In this document: positions 1 through 13,251 of the stretch, in pieces
Position numbering within the stretch: the first letter of the stretch is position 1
Layout of the letters: every line of letters begins with the position of its first letter
Assembly (NCBI GenBank): GCA_964019335.1
Contig: OZ025678.1
Coordinates: 372,001 to 436,000, forward strand
Origin: Diplonema japonicum
Taxonomy: Eukaryota > Protista > Euglenozoa: Diplonemea
DNA length: 64,000 bases
Direction of reading: 5' to 3'
The notes under the pieces: model-generated
The model's input: only the letters and a program-made list of their open reading frames with translations
What the model was told of the DNA's origin: nothing
The model's database searches: none
Program-made: the position numbers and the translations under genes

Positions 1-2210
1 TACGACTCCTCGCACATGGGACACGCTAGGGCGTACCTCACCTTCGACATCCTCCGAAGGATCACCGAGGAGTACTTCGGGTATGATGTCCTGTACCACG
101 TCAACGTCACCGACATTGATGACAAGATCATCATCAAGTCAAGGGTCAACTACCTTCTCAAGCAGTACGAAGACGAGAAGCACGACTTTAAGTCCGTCGC
201 CGAGAAGGTCCAGCACGCCATCAAGGTCAAAGGTGAAAAACTCGACTCCAAGAAAGCCGAACTCTCCGAGCCTCTCCCCGAGAACTCCATCTCCCGTATC
301 GTCAACGAGCGTCAGGACGCTTTGAAGATCCTCGAACTCAAGGCCACCCAACACAAGGAAGTCGTGTCGGCGGTTGAGAAAACCGTGAAAGGCGGCAAAG
401 ACACCGCTGCGCTTCTCCGCGAGGTACAGTTCCATTTCTCCCCTTTTTACAAACACCACAGGGCCGCGATGCGCTTGGCGAGCTTCTCGATACTGAGAAG
501 GGTGCCTCCGTAACCGATCATTCTGTCTTTATGGCACACGCCAAGAAGTATGAGAAGGAGTACTTCGAGGACATGGCCGCTCTGGGTGTCAAGGAGCCCG
601 ATGTCCTCACTAGGGTGACCGAGTACGTGCCGGAGATCAAGAAGTTCATCCAGACCATTATCGACAAGGGCCTTGCTTACGAGAGCAACGGTTCTGTCTA
701 CCTCGACATCAGCGCCTTCAAAGCCCGTGGTCACGACTACAGGAAGCTCCGACCGGGTGGCGACACAACCGCCGATGAGATGGCTGAAGGGGAGGGTGCC
801 CTGGCGGGAGAAGCTTCTGAAAAGAGACACCCCAACGACTTCACTTTGTGGAAGAAGAGCAAGGTCGGCGAGCCTGAGTGGAAGTCTGACTGGGGCATGG
901 GCCGCCCCGGTTGGCACATCGAGTGCAGCGTTGTGGCCTCCGACATCCTTGGGCCTGTCATGGACGTGCACGCTGGTGGGTCGGACCTGAAGTTCCCGCA
1001 CCACGACAACGAGCTGGCGCAGAGCGAGGCTTGCTTCGGACACACCCAGTGGGTGAACTACTTCTTCCACGCAGGGCATCTGAAGATCAAGGGGCTCAAG
1101 ATGGGGAAGAGTCTGAAGAACTTCATCACGATCAAGCAGGCGCTTGAGAAGTACAACGCAAGGGAGATCCGTATCTTGTTCCTCCTGCAGCCCTGGCACA
1201 AGGAGATGAACTTCTCTGACCAGGCGATGGACGATGCAAAGGTGAAAGAGAAGGCCTTCCGTGAGTTCTTCCACAAAGTGAGGAGCCTTGGGAGGACCGA
1301 CTGGGCAAACACGCCGGTTGGGTTCCAGGAGGGTGCGGCGGACAGGGAGCTGGTGACGCTACTGTTCAAGACGAAAGAGGAAGTGGACGCGGCATTCAAG
1401 GACAACTATGACACAGTGGCGGCGATGCTGGCGATGTACAAGCTTGTGGGAGCCTTCAACAAGTATGAGAGCGACGCGAAGAGGCCTGTGGTGCACTTGG
1501 CGCAGAAGATTGCGATGTTCATTACAGGGATCTTCCGTGTGCTGGGTCTTGTGCAGGGAACCGACAGCATCGGTTTCGGTGAGGACGCAAGCGGTGGTGG
1601 GAAGGACGCGCTTGTCCCGTTCCTTGACAAGTTCTTGGACTTCAGGACCGGTGTCCGCAAGGAAGCCCTCCCGAAGGTGAAGTTCGACGAAGCTATGAGG
1701 AGCATCATGAAGGCCTGTGACGAGGTGCGTGACACCGACCTCCCGCCTCTGGGCGTGCGCATTGACGACCGCCCCGACGGCTCCAGCGTCTGGAAGATGG
1801 ATGACCCCGAGGTCCTCATGAAGGAAATCAACGAAAAAAAAGAAGCGGCAAGGGAAGCCGCGGCGAAAAAAGCAAAGGCTTCCGTCGACGCACTTGAGAA
1901 GAAGGTCAAAACCTTAAAATCCGTCCTTGCAGCAGGCGATCCCGCTAACATGTTCGAAGGGTACGCACTCAGCGAGGAAGGCGTGCCTTTGAAGGACAAG
2001 GAAGGTGCCGAGGTTCCGGTATGCGGGGGTCTAAAGAAATAAAAAAATAAATTCCCTCAGAAATCCCGAGCCAAGAAACTGATGAAGGAAAAGACTAACC
2101 AGGAGAAGGCTTGGGTGGACCTCGCCACAAAGTCGGATAAAGCCCCTGAGGCTTACGTAGAGAAGATGGAGGCTGAGCTCAGCGACCTCAAAGCGAAACT
2201 TGGGATATAG
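1..2210 (+). CDS. CARS: Cysteinyl-tRNA synthetase (5' partial; exons <1-423, 462-2018, 2061-2210)
   Basis: [10 protein letters not shown] (HIGH-type), [36 protein letters not shown] and KMGKS motifs. GT-AG introns 424-461 and 2019-2060 join the ORFs in frame; TAG ends at 2210. Confidence 0.96.
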
Positions 2211-2917
2211 TATAGTCCCCCGCCCCCCATTTCCCTTCTTCTTTACTTGCATCAAAATAGTTTACCCCCCCCCCCTGTTTTTTAATATGAACCTTGCAGC
2301 AGGATCATTCTAAGTGTCTGAGGGTGTGCTGGGCAGGTCTTTGTTTTGGAGCGGGAGGCAGGGGACGGGACAAAAAAGAAACATGGTTTTTTTTTTATTT
2401 TTTCATAGCTAAAACCCCCTTCACCTTTTTTTACCCACTATCTACTTCGAAGGGGGGGTCACCAGGGGGGACACTCGATCCCGTAGCTAGGCCATGTTCT
2501 TTCTTTTCCCCCCCCCCTTTTTTTTCCTCGCTTCCTTTCTCCCCCCTCTGTAGGGGGAGGAAAATCGTATCTGTTGAGTTGCGGCCCCCTCCCCTCCCCC
2601 CTGCCCACTTTTATTACAACGAAAAAGACAAAACAGAAGAAATCCTAATTTTGTGTTGAAGCGAACACGCTCCCCCCCTCTGTTTTTGTCTTTATAAAGT
2701 AAACGGGTGCGTTCTGCCTTCTGAGAGTGTCCTCCCGTCACGATTACCACTCCCTACCCTAGATGGAATCTACTTCATTTGCCGCAGCGGAGCAGTAATA
2801 GCCCGATGTGTGACTCGTGTCACCCCGGAAGGCCAATTCATTTACAATTATTGTTTAAGCAAAAAAAAAAAAAGAGGGAGGGGAGGGAGGGAAGGAGGAG
2901 AGAAAAAAAAAAGAAAA

Positions 2918-5900
2918 ATGTCGTTCACCTTCAACATTCTTGATCAGCGAAGGACCGGGCTTAAAATTGGATTCATCATACCAAGGAAACGCTTTGTCGA
3001 ACCTGGAGCAGCGGCCGAGTGGTCCAGCCCTTTCAAATGGTCTACTGACGCGGAGAAGGGACAGGTGCGTCCTGAGTTTTTGACAACGAGCGAGGAACTG
3101 GAAAAGCTCGACGCTGAACTGTCGCTGAAGCGACTGGCTGCCTTGAAGGAACTGAGCGGGAAAAGTAGGGATGGGCTGGACATTCTGAAGGAATACTACA
3201 AACACATAACACTCATGCAGAAAACAGCTGCCGCTGCACGGCCAAGTGATGAAATAAACACAAGTCTGTCCAACCACGAGCAGGACAGGCTCCTTGACGA
3301 GAGAGCTCGCCATCTTATTTTCGAGAGCAACTTGGAAATCGAGCGCATTAAGCTTCTCTACAACATGGCTTTGTACACTCTTCAAGCGGCCAACAAATTC
3401 CGTTTCGTGTTCAAATCCCCTGCGTTCGCGATGCTTCAAGAAGCGGCAGGCATGTTCGACCTCCTTGCCAACACCCCCCTCCCAGAGGGCCTTCCCAACG
3501 AGATCTCCCCAGACTATCTCCGCATTCTCGCTCTTTGCAGCCTCGCTGCTCTTGCGGAAAAAGCTGTCCTCGAACGCCAAGTCGCACCCAGATCCCAATG
3601 GGAGGCCTGCACCCACCTTTGCTACTCCATCCACCACTACTACGCACAGATCACTTCACTCATCAAGCACGCAAAGGCCACGATGGACCGTGCTGCAGGC
3701 GTCCCAACCTTGAACAACCTACTCAACTTCTCTGCTGTCAAGCAAGATTTCTACCGCGCCCTCGCTTTCGAGTTCCATTCCATGCAACCTGACACCAGGC
3801 GGCACACATCAAGGCTCCGCAAAGCCCTCAGGGGGTATGAAGCAGCCTTCGCACAGCTAAGCAAGCAGCTGCCTGGCATTAGAAACAACGTCGAGAAAGA
3901 GATCACATTTCGTATCACAAGAACAAGAGGGAAGCTTGTGGAAACAAACGACGAGGGGCAAGTAACTGTGCCTGAAGAGGCGCCACTAGAAAGCAAGCGG
4001 TACGCTGGGATGGTACAGCAGCCAACCTTCCACCCTAAGATCCCCGAGTGGCTGCACGAAGAAGCAAAAGCGCTGTTGTTGGATGTCAACTACGATCAAG
4101 AGTCCGTGCTCGAAGGCAGCGAGTCGCCAGATGCCGCCAGCACGCGGAGCCTCCCAAAACCGAACAGGTTGCAGCTGACCTTGACAGTCCCCGACGAGGA
4201 TCTGTTCCACAAAGAGCTCGAGCAGAAGGTAGACATGTCGGGCAACTCCCTCCCGTCTTACCACCAGGTGGATATGCTGGCAGGAGTAACCCTCACAGAG
4301 CTGGAGCCTGCGAGGCCCGGGTTCACGATGGTATTGCTTTTCGATGCCTGGTCGCCGACAGAGGGCTCTAAGAACAAGATTGCGACAGTCAGAGAAATCG
4401 CCACCCTGCTGCTCAAAGTTGTGGGGCTCACAGAGCTTGACAAAATCGGCATCGTAGGGTGGGTCAACAATACCCTCAAGTCCTTCCCCCTCGTGCCTGC
4501 TGACAAGGCAGGGTTGGAACTCTTGATACAGCAAATCAACAGTCTGCGTCCTGTTGGGAACCACAAGGGGTCATCTGGCTCGTCGATAGTGGAAGCCCTT
4601 ATCGAATCCATGAAGCGGCTGAGGGACGCCGTGGACAGCACGTCTTATGAGGTAGTTGTGTTCAGCGACGGCTTCGACAGCACGTCCGAGACGAAGTACA
4701 AGAACTGGATGAACTTCAACGAGTTGCTGAACCAGCACAAGGAAACAGAGGAGTGCCTCAGGAGGTTTGTGCGGGTGCACACGTTTGCTTTGGGCGGCGA
4801 ATGCGACAAGTACTTGCTGAAGGCGGTGTCGTCGAGGTTCAGAGGTGACTACTCTACTGCCGACCAGTCTCAAGAAGGTCTCTCGTACCTCAGGAGTTGG
4901 TTCTTGAGGCATATTGCAGACCAACGTTCAAAGGTCGCAACGAACTGCAAGCTGACCGTGACCTGCCGCCCAGGAGTCACCCTGCGGCAGATTGGCAGCT
5001 ATGACCTTGTGTTCGACCCGACATACACACATCAGCACTCAAGTGACCCTTCCATGGGAGAGATCTTGCTGGATGACTTCTCAGAAGGGCACTCGTCAAA
5101 CGTAGTCATCACGCTTGGTGTGCCCGAGACGAACGTGCAGTACGTGGACAAGACGTATTTGGCAGACGTGGAAATCAGTTTCGTTGATGCCTTCACGGGT
5201 GCAATGTGTTCTGATGTGCAGACGGTGGAGCTTAACATGTCCAACAGCAACATTTCGCGCGAGCTGCACGGGTGGCTCCCTCAATTATACACAACAGCAA
5301 CTGAAGGCAGTGTGTACGTGTCTGGTGCTGGCGGGGGGACCGTCCCACTACTAGGTGGCGATCTTGTAGACCCGCGTGACAGTGTGGACGTGAAGGCAGG
5401 GATGTGCAGAGCTATGACTTCCGATAACACGCAGTACGTGCTGTGCGAACGGACAGTGATGGTGGTGAACTCCATCGACGGTGAGGCCATGCGCGCCTCT
5501 GTGACGCTACGGAAGGGCTCGATGTTCGTCGCAACGGGGCAACAGGCGGAGCTGGACATCCATGTTATCGAGCCCATGCACGTGGTTACTGTGGAAGCAC
5601 ATTCACATGTTAAGGTGGGCATCGACCCTGTTTCGGGTCTTGTGAGTGTGAATTGCATGGATGGCCACACGTACGTCACTACTACGCGTAAGGAAGAAGA
5701 AAGCGTGATGGAGCTGCTGAGCTTGATGCAAACGCAAATGTCCGACAAAGTGGGCCCCATCACCCCCTGGACACTGGAGGAGAGCAGCTACTCCGAGTGG
5801 TTCGAAGACAAGGTCATGGCAAGCTACCTATCGGCCATGCTCCATATAGGTATACACGTGAGCCGTACTGTCTGTGCTCAGTGGATAGGTGCCGCAGCAG

Positions 5901-8484
5901 AATGGCTTCGCAAAGGGTCCTGGGACAGAGTGCGGGAGTCGCAAGGGAACCGCCGCTGCAGGGAGTTCCTGACCAGGTTCTGGTTACGAGAGAGCAAACA
6001 TTTCCTGACGAACAACATCTCCGGTCTGGCAATCGAGACGGAGCATGTCAGGAAGTACGTTGACAAGACCATCAACATAGCACTAGGCCCTGACAAGAGC
6101 AAGCGAAGGAACGAAACATGGCTGTTCCACCTGTTGACGGTGTCGCAGGCCCTGTTCTCTGAGAGAGCGAAAGGGAATATAGACTCATACGACACACCAC
6201 TCCAGAAACGACTGCACACTGAGTGTGCCGATGCAAAAGCAAAGGAAGAAAAGGACAGAGAAGAAGCCGAACAAAACAGACAAAGGCAGCTAAGGGACAG
6301 CGAAGCTTCACGTCGTGAGAATGTACTGGCGGCAGTGTTCCCGTTGAGCGATATGGACGGCGTGGGTGCCGTGCATTTCACGGCCATACAACAGACCATC
6401 TCCGCTTTCGAGGATGTGAAAGACGCGGCCTTGCAAGACATTATCAATTTGGTGACAGAAAAGTGGAAAGTCATATCTTCTGCTTTGCAGAAGGCAAAGA
6501 CGCGGAGAGAAGTCGGAAACTACGGTGCGAAGCATGACATGACAGGCGGCTTGTCTCTAAACGAGAAGGACTTCATCCGGTTGTGGTTGAAGCTAACCGG
6601 CGACTGCGACACACCGTCGTTCAACCTGCTACTCGAGCAGCTTCATGGAATAGTTGAGGAATTGTTTATGTTGAACGAAGGGACGCGGAAGAGCAGGGCG
6701 GTGTTCTCACTATTCAGGAAGTGGGACAACGAAGGCATCGGGCACTTACTTTATGGAGAGGTCGTAGATGTGCTGCGCGCAGTTCATGGAGGTGAGCCGT
6801 ACTTTGTGCAGAGTATAGAACTGATGAACAAGGGGGTTCAGAAGCGGCCTCCTGCGCCTGTGAGGACGAACAGCTCCGGTCTGGGACATTTTAAGAACAT
6901 GAATCGGACTACAAGCAGCATGTCGAAAACGCGCTCGATGCCCATCAGCCCGTGCGGCAGTGAGCAGTGCCGCATGTCTGAAGACGACATCTCTGCGTCT
7001 GGAAACGACCACGCAACGGACTTCAGGCTCACCCTGCGTAGGTTTCACTACGCTATTGCCGCTTTCTACTTTAAGTTTACAGAGCGTGCTTTTCACAACT
7101 CTGTCGAGAAGCTCCTGAGAGTCGTGCAGACGATGCAGAAGGCGCACAACACAGTCGCAAGTGTTGTGAAGTCCCTGCAACGGGAGCAGCAGCAAGAACA
7201 TCTGCAGCAGTGGGACCTTCGACACGTGTTCGACGGTATCACAAGCAAGGTATGGTTTTTTTTTCTCTTTTTTTTTCCACCCTTACAGGAACTCTGCAAG
7301 CTGGCGAAAATATCCGTAAAAGACGCACCCGAGTATGTGCAAGCAGTTTCTGCACCGATCTGCATCCTCTGCGGAATCGTGACCAAGAAAGGGGTATGGT
7401 GCACAGAAGATAAAACTCTACCACCCCCTCAGACCCTCAACAGCGAGGAGAGCGACTTCTGGTCTGTTCTACGGGACAAGCTCATTCGCGATGCCGATGG
7501 CTTCATCGACTTCCTGCGGAACTTCCCAGTCCTGTCGATCACGTACAGACAGGTCTTGCGTGTTATGAAGTATCTGGATTCGCCTGACTTCGATTCTTGT
7601 CGGCTGCTGTCGTTGAGCCCGCCGTTGAGCCACTTATGCGACTGGGTGAAACTTATCTTGAAGATTGCGTTTTTGGAACAGGGGTGGGACTTTTCGAACA
7701 GTTTAGAAGTCCTGAACCGCCCGCGAGGGGGCGAGAAGGGGGAGGAGTTCCAGGTTATACAAGAACCGAACAACAAGAACAACAACTGCAACGTGGTGCA
7801 GAAGCCGCACACGGCGCTTAAACTGAACAGGTCGTTCGAGGGGATCATCGAGGCGGACGACCCAGGGGTGAGGGTCTCGTCTAGGTTCTCGATGTATTCG
7901 CAGGCAGATAGTAAGCAACTACCCGACAGACGGTTGAACACACCGTTGCTGAGGACGATGCCGGTGGGGAGCGTTTCGGTGAGTCGGCTGCCGCCTCATT
8001 TTGTCCCAAGGCTTGACTATCATCACAGAGAGGATGTGGTGTGCACGGAACTGCATAGCCGTGCGTACCAGCAGTCGCGGTTAGGTAGATATGGGGACCA
8101 AGACACACCCGTGCTCTTGAATAAAGGCCCCCCGCGACCTTCGTCTGCTCCATTGGCTGGAACTACCAAACGCCAAGCTTCTCGGCGAGGTACAGTAAGG
8201 AGCGGTCGATCTTCAATCGCCTTTACGCCTACGCCGCCGCATAGCGCACTTCCTGTCCACTCTACCGAGGTATCTCGGTGGCTCGAGTTCAACGGACTTG
8301 AAGAGCTTGTCGGCGTTATGCATCAACAGGTGTTTTTTCTTTCTTTCTCATTTTGTCAAAACTCCCACAGGGCTTCGACGATCTCACAGACCTCAAAGAG
8401 CTTGCCACGAACGAATCCACCATGTCTCTATTTGTCCCCAAACCTGGTAGCCGTATGAAGCTAAAACGTCTTCTTGAAGTTTAA
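2918..8484 (+). CDS. Large multidomain protein: BRO1-like, vWA, FecR-like, EF-hand, dynein MTBD-like, C-terminal SAM (introns 7250-7288, 8330-8370)
   Basis: Long ORF from the ATG after an A-run. Motifs: LLYNMALY...LQEAAGMF (BRO1-like), VVVFSDG and VHTFALG (vWA), WDNEGIGHLLYGE (EF-hand), ICILCG...DFW...YLDSPDF...LCDWV (dynein stalk head), VSRWLEFNGL...GSRMKL (SAM, completed by splicing). Confidence 0.8.
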
Positions 8485-8660
8485 TTTCCTCCCTTCTCTC
8501 TCTTTTCTTTCTTTTATTGGGCCAGAAAAAGAAGTCCACCAATAATTTCTTTTTGTATGGGGTTTGTTGGAAACAAACATCCCCCGAGTCCCCACGATAT
8601 TTCCATATTGTACTTGTTCCCCCCCTTTTTAGTAAATATTCTTTTGCTCTTTTTTTTCTC

Positions 8661-8944
8661 AAGGAGACGCGATGTTTCTTGGGTCGCATCTAGAAATGCT
8701 CAGCACGATGTAGAAGGTCTGCCTTCACCCAAACCGGGGTGCATACCTTTCGGCACTTGAGGGCGGCACACGGCCATGACAGGAGACCACTCTTGTTCTC
8801 GAGCCAAACCGCCCTACGCAGCGCACCTCCGTAATGTTTTCTCTCGCGACAAACAGCCGCCGCAGGCACCGACAAGCAATCGCAGAACGGTGGCCACAGT
8901 GTGAATTTATGAAGAGTGAGCACTGAAAACTTTATCGAGTTTTT
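8661..8944 (+). mobile_element. Degenerate 3' remnant of LINE family 2
   Basis: Aligns by eye to 56643-56980 (GGGTCGCATC.AGAAATGCTCAGCACG, GACAGGAGACCACTCTT, TCGCGACAAACAGCC, CACTGAAA..TTTATCGAGTTTTT), with deletions. Confidence 0.85.
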
Positions 8945-9053
8945 CCCCTCCCCCTTCTGCTTTTTAGTTACATTTGAAGTGAAAAATAAAAAAGGAATTG
9001 ACCATTGCGTCACCACACTTTCTTTTTTTGTTACATAGAAAACAGATGAGGAT

Positions 9054-9989
9054 ATGACCTGTGGGTTGGAAGGGGTATGGAAGTGTGAGTGCGTTGAGGG
9101 GTGGCCTGCTGATGTTTATTTAGAAATAACGAAGAAAAAGGTGAACATAGGGTGTGAAACGGGTGGAGTTCCGGAGGTGAAAAACTGCATAATGCTGGGG
9201 GCAAGGGTAGTCCATGGGAGCCCGCGACCTGACGCAATGCCTCGAATCGGATTCGAAGCAGAAACAGGAGAAGGAGCCAAGCAAAGCTGGGAGCTTAAAC
9301 TGCTTGCCACGTCGCAGTGGAGACACGAGTGGCGTGCTACTGCAGTGGTCGATGGCAAAACCTACTCTTTGACCTCTGCTGCATACGTCCTGCCTCCTTT
9401 GATTTGGTCTGTAGACACCTCTCAACGCACCCCTCTCCCAGCAGGGGAATGGGACACCCCAACCCCTATCTTCACCACTCTCAGCTCTTCACCAGACCTC
9501 CTCAAGGTCAGTTACAACGGTTCATGGGTCTCCATCACCAACTACCAATCGGGTCCTGACTCTATCACTTTCGCTTTTTACGACTGGCGCTGCAAGGTGT
9601 CCCTGCGTAGCCAGCCATACATTAGCGGGGTGTCTCCCACCGACCGCTGGTCTGTCCCCATGAAGCTGCACCCAGGCGTCCGGTTTGAAAAACCCATCTT
9701 CGCCGTTGCACCTCCTGCCTACTTGTTGTCGAAGCCACCCAGGCAGCATCTCGTCTCGTCGTTTGGCGGGATCCTCATCAAAAGAAACGGGAAGAACAAC
9801 ATGGAGCACATTCTTGGGAAGCCCCGTGCTAAGGACGTCCCCGTCGGGACCCTCACACCGTCGCAGAAGAAGAAACTGCTTTTGGAACAAGGCTTCACGC
9901 TTCCTTCGGCAAAGGTGTGCATACCGGAACTACAGCAGAGACCTCCTGCAAAACATGGACGGCCTTACCGCCACAGCCGGCGGATGTGA
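9054..9989 (+). CDS. Hypothetical protein (311 aa)
   Basis: Open frame with coding-like composition on the gene-bearing strand, downstream of a pyrimidine tract/AG. No family recognised. Confidence 0.6.
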   Translation: MTCGLEGVWKCECVEGWPADVYLEITKKKVNIGCETGGVPEVKNCIMLGARVVHGSPRPDAMPRIGFEAETGEGAKQSWELKLLATSQWRHEWRATAVVDGKTYSLTSAAYVLPPLIWSVDTSQRTPLPAGEWDTPTPIFTTLSSSPDLLKVSYNGSWVSITNYQSGPDSITFAFYDWRCKVSLRSQPYISGVSPTDRWSVPMKLHPGVRFEKPIFAVAPPAYLLSKPPRQHLVSSFGGILIKRNGKNNMEHILGKPRAKDVPVGTLTPSQKKKLLLEQGFTLPSAKVCIPELQQRPPAKHGRPYRHSRRM

Positions 9990-10120
9990 ACTCCCACGTT
10001 GCGAGCAGGTTCTTTTCTAAGAACCTCGAAGAGAAAGAATGCAAAAAGGGTCTTTCTTCAACATTTCTTCTCCTCCTTTCACACTCAAACATTGTCCTCC
10101 CACCACAGAGCCAAAGTGAT

Positions 10121-11203
10121 ATGTCTGTTCCATTAGTAGAAATATGCGGTGCGGCTGGCGGTGGGCAGATCCTCCGGAACGCCTTTGCGTACGCAGCTCT
10201 GACAGGGCGTGAGCTGAAGGTAAAGAACATAAGAGGGAACAGAAGCCCTCCGGGGCTTAAGATGCAGCATTTGACGGGTATTCAACTGTGTCAGAAGGTA
10301 GCAGGCGGGACCTTGATCGGTGCGGAGGTGAAGAGTGTGGACGTGCACTTCCGCCCCTCAGGTCGACTTATCGCAGGGAACGTTGAAGGCGACGCTGTCA
10401 CAGCAGGTTCCTGCACGCTGCTGGTGCAGTGTGTGCTGCCTTTAATGCTATTTGCAGACAGCAACAAGGCGGCGACGAACCGACTGATGGTGAAGGGCGG
10501 GACAGATGTTTCTATGTCGCCGCCTCTCGATTACCTGCTCCATGTGTTCCTGCCTGTGGCTGAAATGTTTGGTTTGCAAACGAAGGTCGAAGGGTTCAGA
10601 AGAGGAGTGTTCCCAAAGGGGCAGGGACGGCTTATCCTGCACACAACGCCACTGAAAGAAGGAGCAGCGTTGAAGCCCGTGGAGCTAATGAGTGCAGGAG
10701 ACCCTGTGAGGATATGGGGAAGGTGCTTTGTGACACCGAGAGGGGACAGGGCTGCAAGGGAATGCAAGGTCCTGAAGAACGCGGTCCTAGACAGCTTGAA
10801 GGACCTAGGTGTGCCTGTTCGCATTGACGAAGAAGTCGGAGACGCTGCGTGTCACGGAGCGGGTGTGGTGCTTGTCATGGAGATGTCGACTGGTGTGAGG
10901 TTCGCTGGGTCTTCTGTGAAGGACAGGAACGCTTCTTACCAGGACATGGCTAAGGCCGCAGTTGGCATGCTTAAGATGAACGCCTCTTCTGGTGTCGCGG
11001 TTGAGGAGTACTTGCAGGACCAGCTCATCATCCTTGCTGCCCTCGCGCAGGGTACCTCAAAGTTCCTAACAGGCCCCATCACCGAGCACACGGAGTGCGC
11101 CATCAAGGTCGCGGAGGAACTAACCCCTGCGCGCTTCGACATCACCAAGCTTCCCGACGGCAAGAACATCATTGCCTGCGAAGGTTTCGGGCACCGTGCT
11201 TGA
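10121..11203 (+). CDS. RTCA: RNA 3'-terminal phosphate cyclase
   Basis: GGGQILR, NIRGNRSPPGLKMQHL, TAGSCTLL, GGTDV, RRGVFPKGQG and YLQDQL motifs; catalytic His in TEHT. Confidence 0.93.
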   Translation: MSVPLVEICGAAGGGQILRNAFAYAALTGRELKVKNIRGNRSPPGLKMQHLTGIQLCQKVAGGTLIGAEVKSVDVHFRPSGRLIAGNVEGDAVTAGSCTLLVQCVLPLMLFADSNKAATNRLMVKGGTDVSMSPPLDYLLHVFLPVAEMFGLQTKVEGFRRGVFPKGQGRLILHTTPLKEGAALKPVELMSAGDPVRIWGRCFVTPRGDRAARECKVLKNAVLDSLKDLGVPVRIDEEVGDAACHGAGVVLVMEMSTGVRFAGSSVKDRNASYQDMAKAAVGMLKMNASSGVAVEEYLQDQLIILAALAQGTSKFLTGPITEHTECAIKVAEELTPARFDITKLPDGKNIIACEGFGHRA

Positions 11204-11598
11204 TCGGTTTTCTTTGCACCGTGTTCTTGTGGAGCTTTCCCCGCACGCCCTTTTCTTTTTTTGGGGGGAGGGAGAGAAAAAACGACAGTGTGTCTGAACA
11301 GAAGGCTCTACATACCCCCCCCCCCCCCCTATATGCAATTGATGGATCTTTTAGGGTGCTTTGAGGGAAAAGAAATCTTGCCTTTTTTCCCCCGCCCCCT
11401 TCGGCACATTGTCCTTCTTTTTCTTCCAGATTTCTCTTTTTTTTTTTTTTTTTTTAATATCTCGGTACCATCGGCGGTTATAGTGACAACAGGGACGTCC
11501 CACAGAGACCTCCTTTAACTCATAAAAAGATTTTTTTTTTTTTTTTTTCAAGCATTGTCCACCTTATCAAAAAAAAAGGACATTAACAACAAAAGAAA

Positions 11599-13181
11599 AT
11601 GAGATTGCACGTGTTGAGGTGCTCTGGAGGGTGTATTGGGTTCACCGGTGTGGTGTTTTTCGCTGTGGGTTTGACTCTTCAGTTCGTGATCGATGGGGTG
11701 GTGAGCAAGCAGGCGCAGGATATGCTTCCTTTGAAGGGCAACGACTCGGCGTTGTTCCAGCCGTGGGTGGACCACGGTGGCTACGGGTCGCCCATCTACA
11801 ACGAGATGTTCGTGTGGAACCTGACAAACCCCGAGGAGTACCTGAACGGGGAGGTGCCCAACGTCGAGAAAATAGGACCGTTTGTATACAGAATGTTCGA
11901 TTGGAGAGAAAACGTAACGTGGAGCGAAGACCCGAAGAAAGAGAACATCAGCTTCACATACCACAACTTCAACGTGTTTGTTCCGGAGAGGACGGACCCG
12001 AGTCTTGATTTAAAAGCGAAGGTGTACATGCCGAACTACGCGCTTCAAGGGGTTCTCACGGCAATCCGTACGGCGCCCATCTCATCGTTGGAGAAGGAAG
12101 CTGCTTTCTTTGCCATCCGTGAGGAGGCCAAGGTGACACGCGAGTCGCTTCTCCTCCACCGTACCATCGACCAGGTAATGTGGGGTTTCGACGACCCACT
12201 TCTCACAACTATCGTAGCAATCGCGAACAGGTTCCATATTGAAGTTCCTCTTGCAGCATTTATCGGCCTTCAAATGATCGACACTACGGCATTCTACGCC
12301 GAGCCTTCTATTCAGTACAGTGGTACGACTGATTACCGCTTGACGGCGCAGTACCGAACTTGGTGTGGGAAGGAGGATTTGTCGGAGTTCTGGCCGTTGG
12401 CGCCGGAGATTACTGGGAGTGACGGGTGGCAGTTTTCGCCTGATCCGGATGATATCATTCCGTTGTTCATCGATTCGTTGCCCGCGGTTGTCAACATCAG
12501 TAAGAGGATGAAGACAGAACTTCAAGGCATTCATAGTTACATCTACGAGATCACCCCCGAAACTTGGGACAACTCTTCTTTCTTCGGAACCACTCACAAC
12601 CTGTTCTCCCCTAACGGTGTGCTCAACGCCACCGCCTCGCAAACTGCAAACATTTTCATCTCGAAACCTCATTTTCTCGACGCGGATCCTTTTTACATGA
12701 ACATGGTGACTGGTGTGGAACCTGGTGATAACGACAGGGACAATACTTTTATCTGGATCGAACCGATCACAGGTTCTGGTATCGCTGCCAAGCAGCGTAT
12801 TCAGATCAACCTTCAGATGTCGCCGTGGTTGTGCGATGCCGTGGAGGGGAGGAACAACAATTGTTCCTTGGCGGAGGCGTTTGTTCCGTTGATGATCGCC
12901 AATCAGTACATTGACATCCCTCCCAACGAGGCGGATGCGCTGAAATCCCAGGTATTTGAGGGTTTTTTTTTTTTTTTTTCAAAAAAAAAAAAAAAAAAAA
13001 AAAAAAAGATTTATGGTATCCCGAACACTGTGAAGTTGGTTGCGTGGATCCTTTTTGGTCTCTCTTTCGCGCTTGTTGGGTGGACCGCTTTCATTGTGAA
13101 GGCTATCCGAACCCCGCACTACGACAAGCTCCCTGAGAATGACGATATTGCTTCTGCTGTGGTATATATTGGGATGGGGGG

Positions 13182-13216
<35 letters not shown>

Positions 13217-13251
13217 TGCAGGATGATTACGAGCGTGGTGAAAGGAATTGA
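11599..13251 (+). CDS. CD36/scavenger receptor class B (LIMP-2-like) membrane protein (introns 12952-13008, 13162-13221)
   Basis: N- and C-terminal TM segments; WNLTNPEE, EKIGPFVY, ITGSDG, ISKPHFLDAD and IEPITG...RIQIN motifs. The poly-F/poly-K stretches in the ORF coincide with GT-AG introns. Confidence 0.9.

Noticed and set aside
447-1999. Long minus-strand ORFs here and throughout the window
   Set aside because: They are antisense shadows of GC-rich + strand genes with no recognisable motifs.
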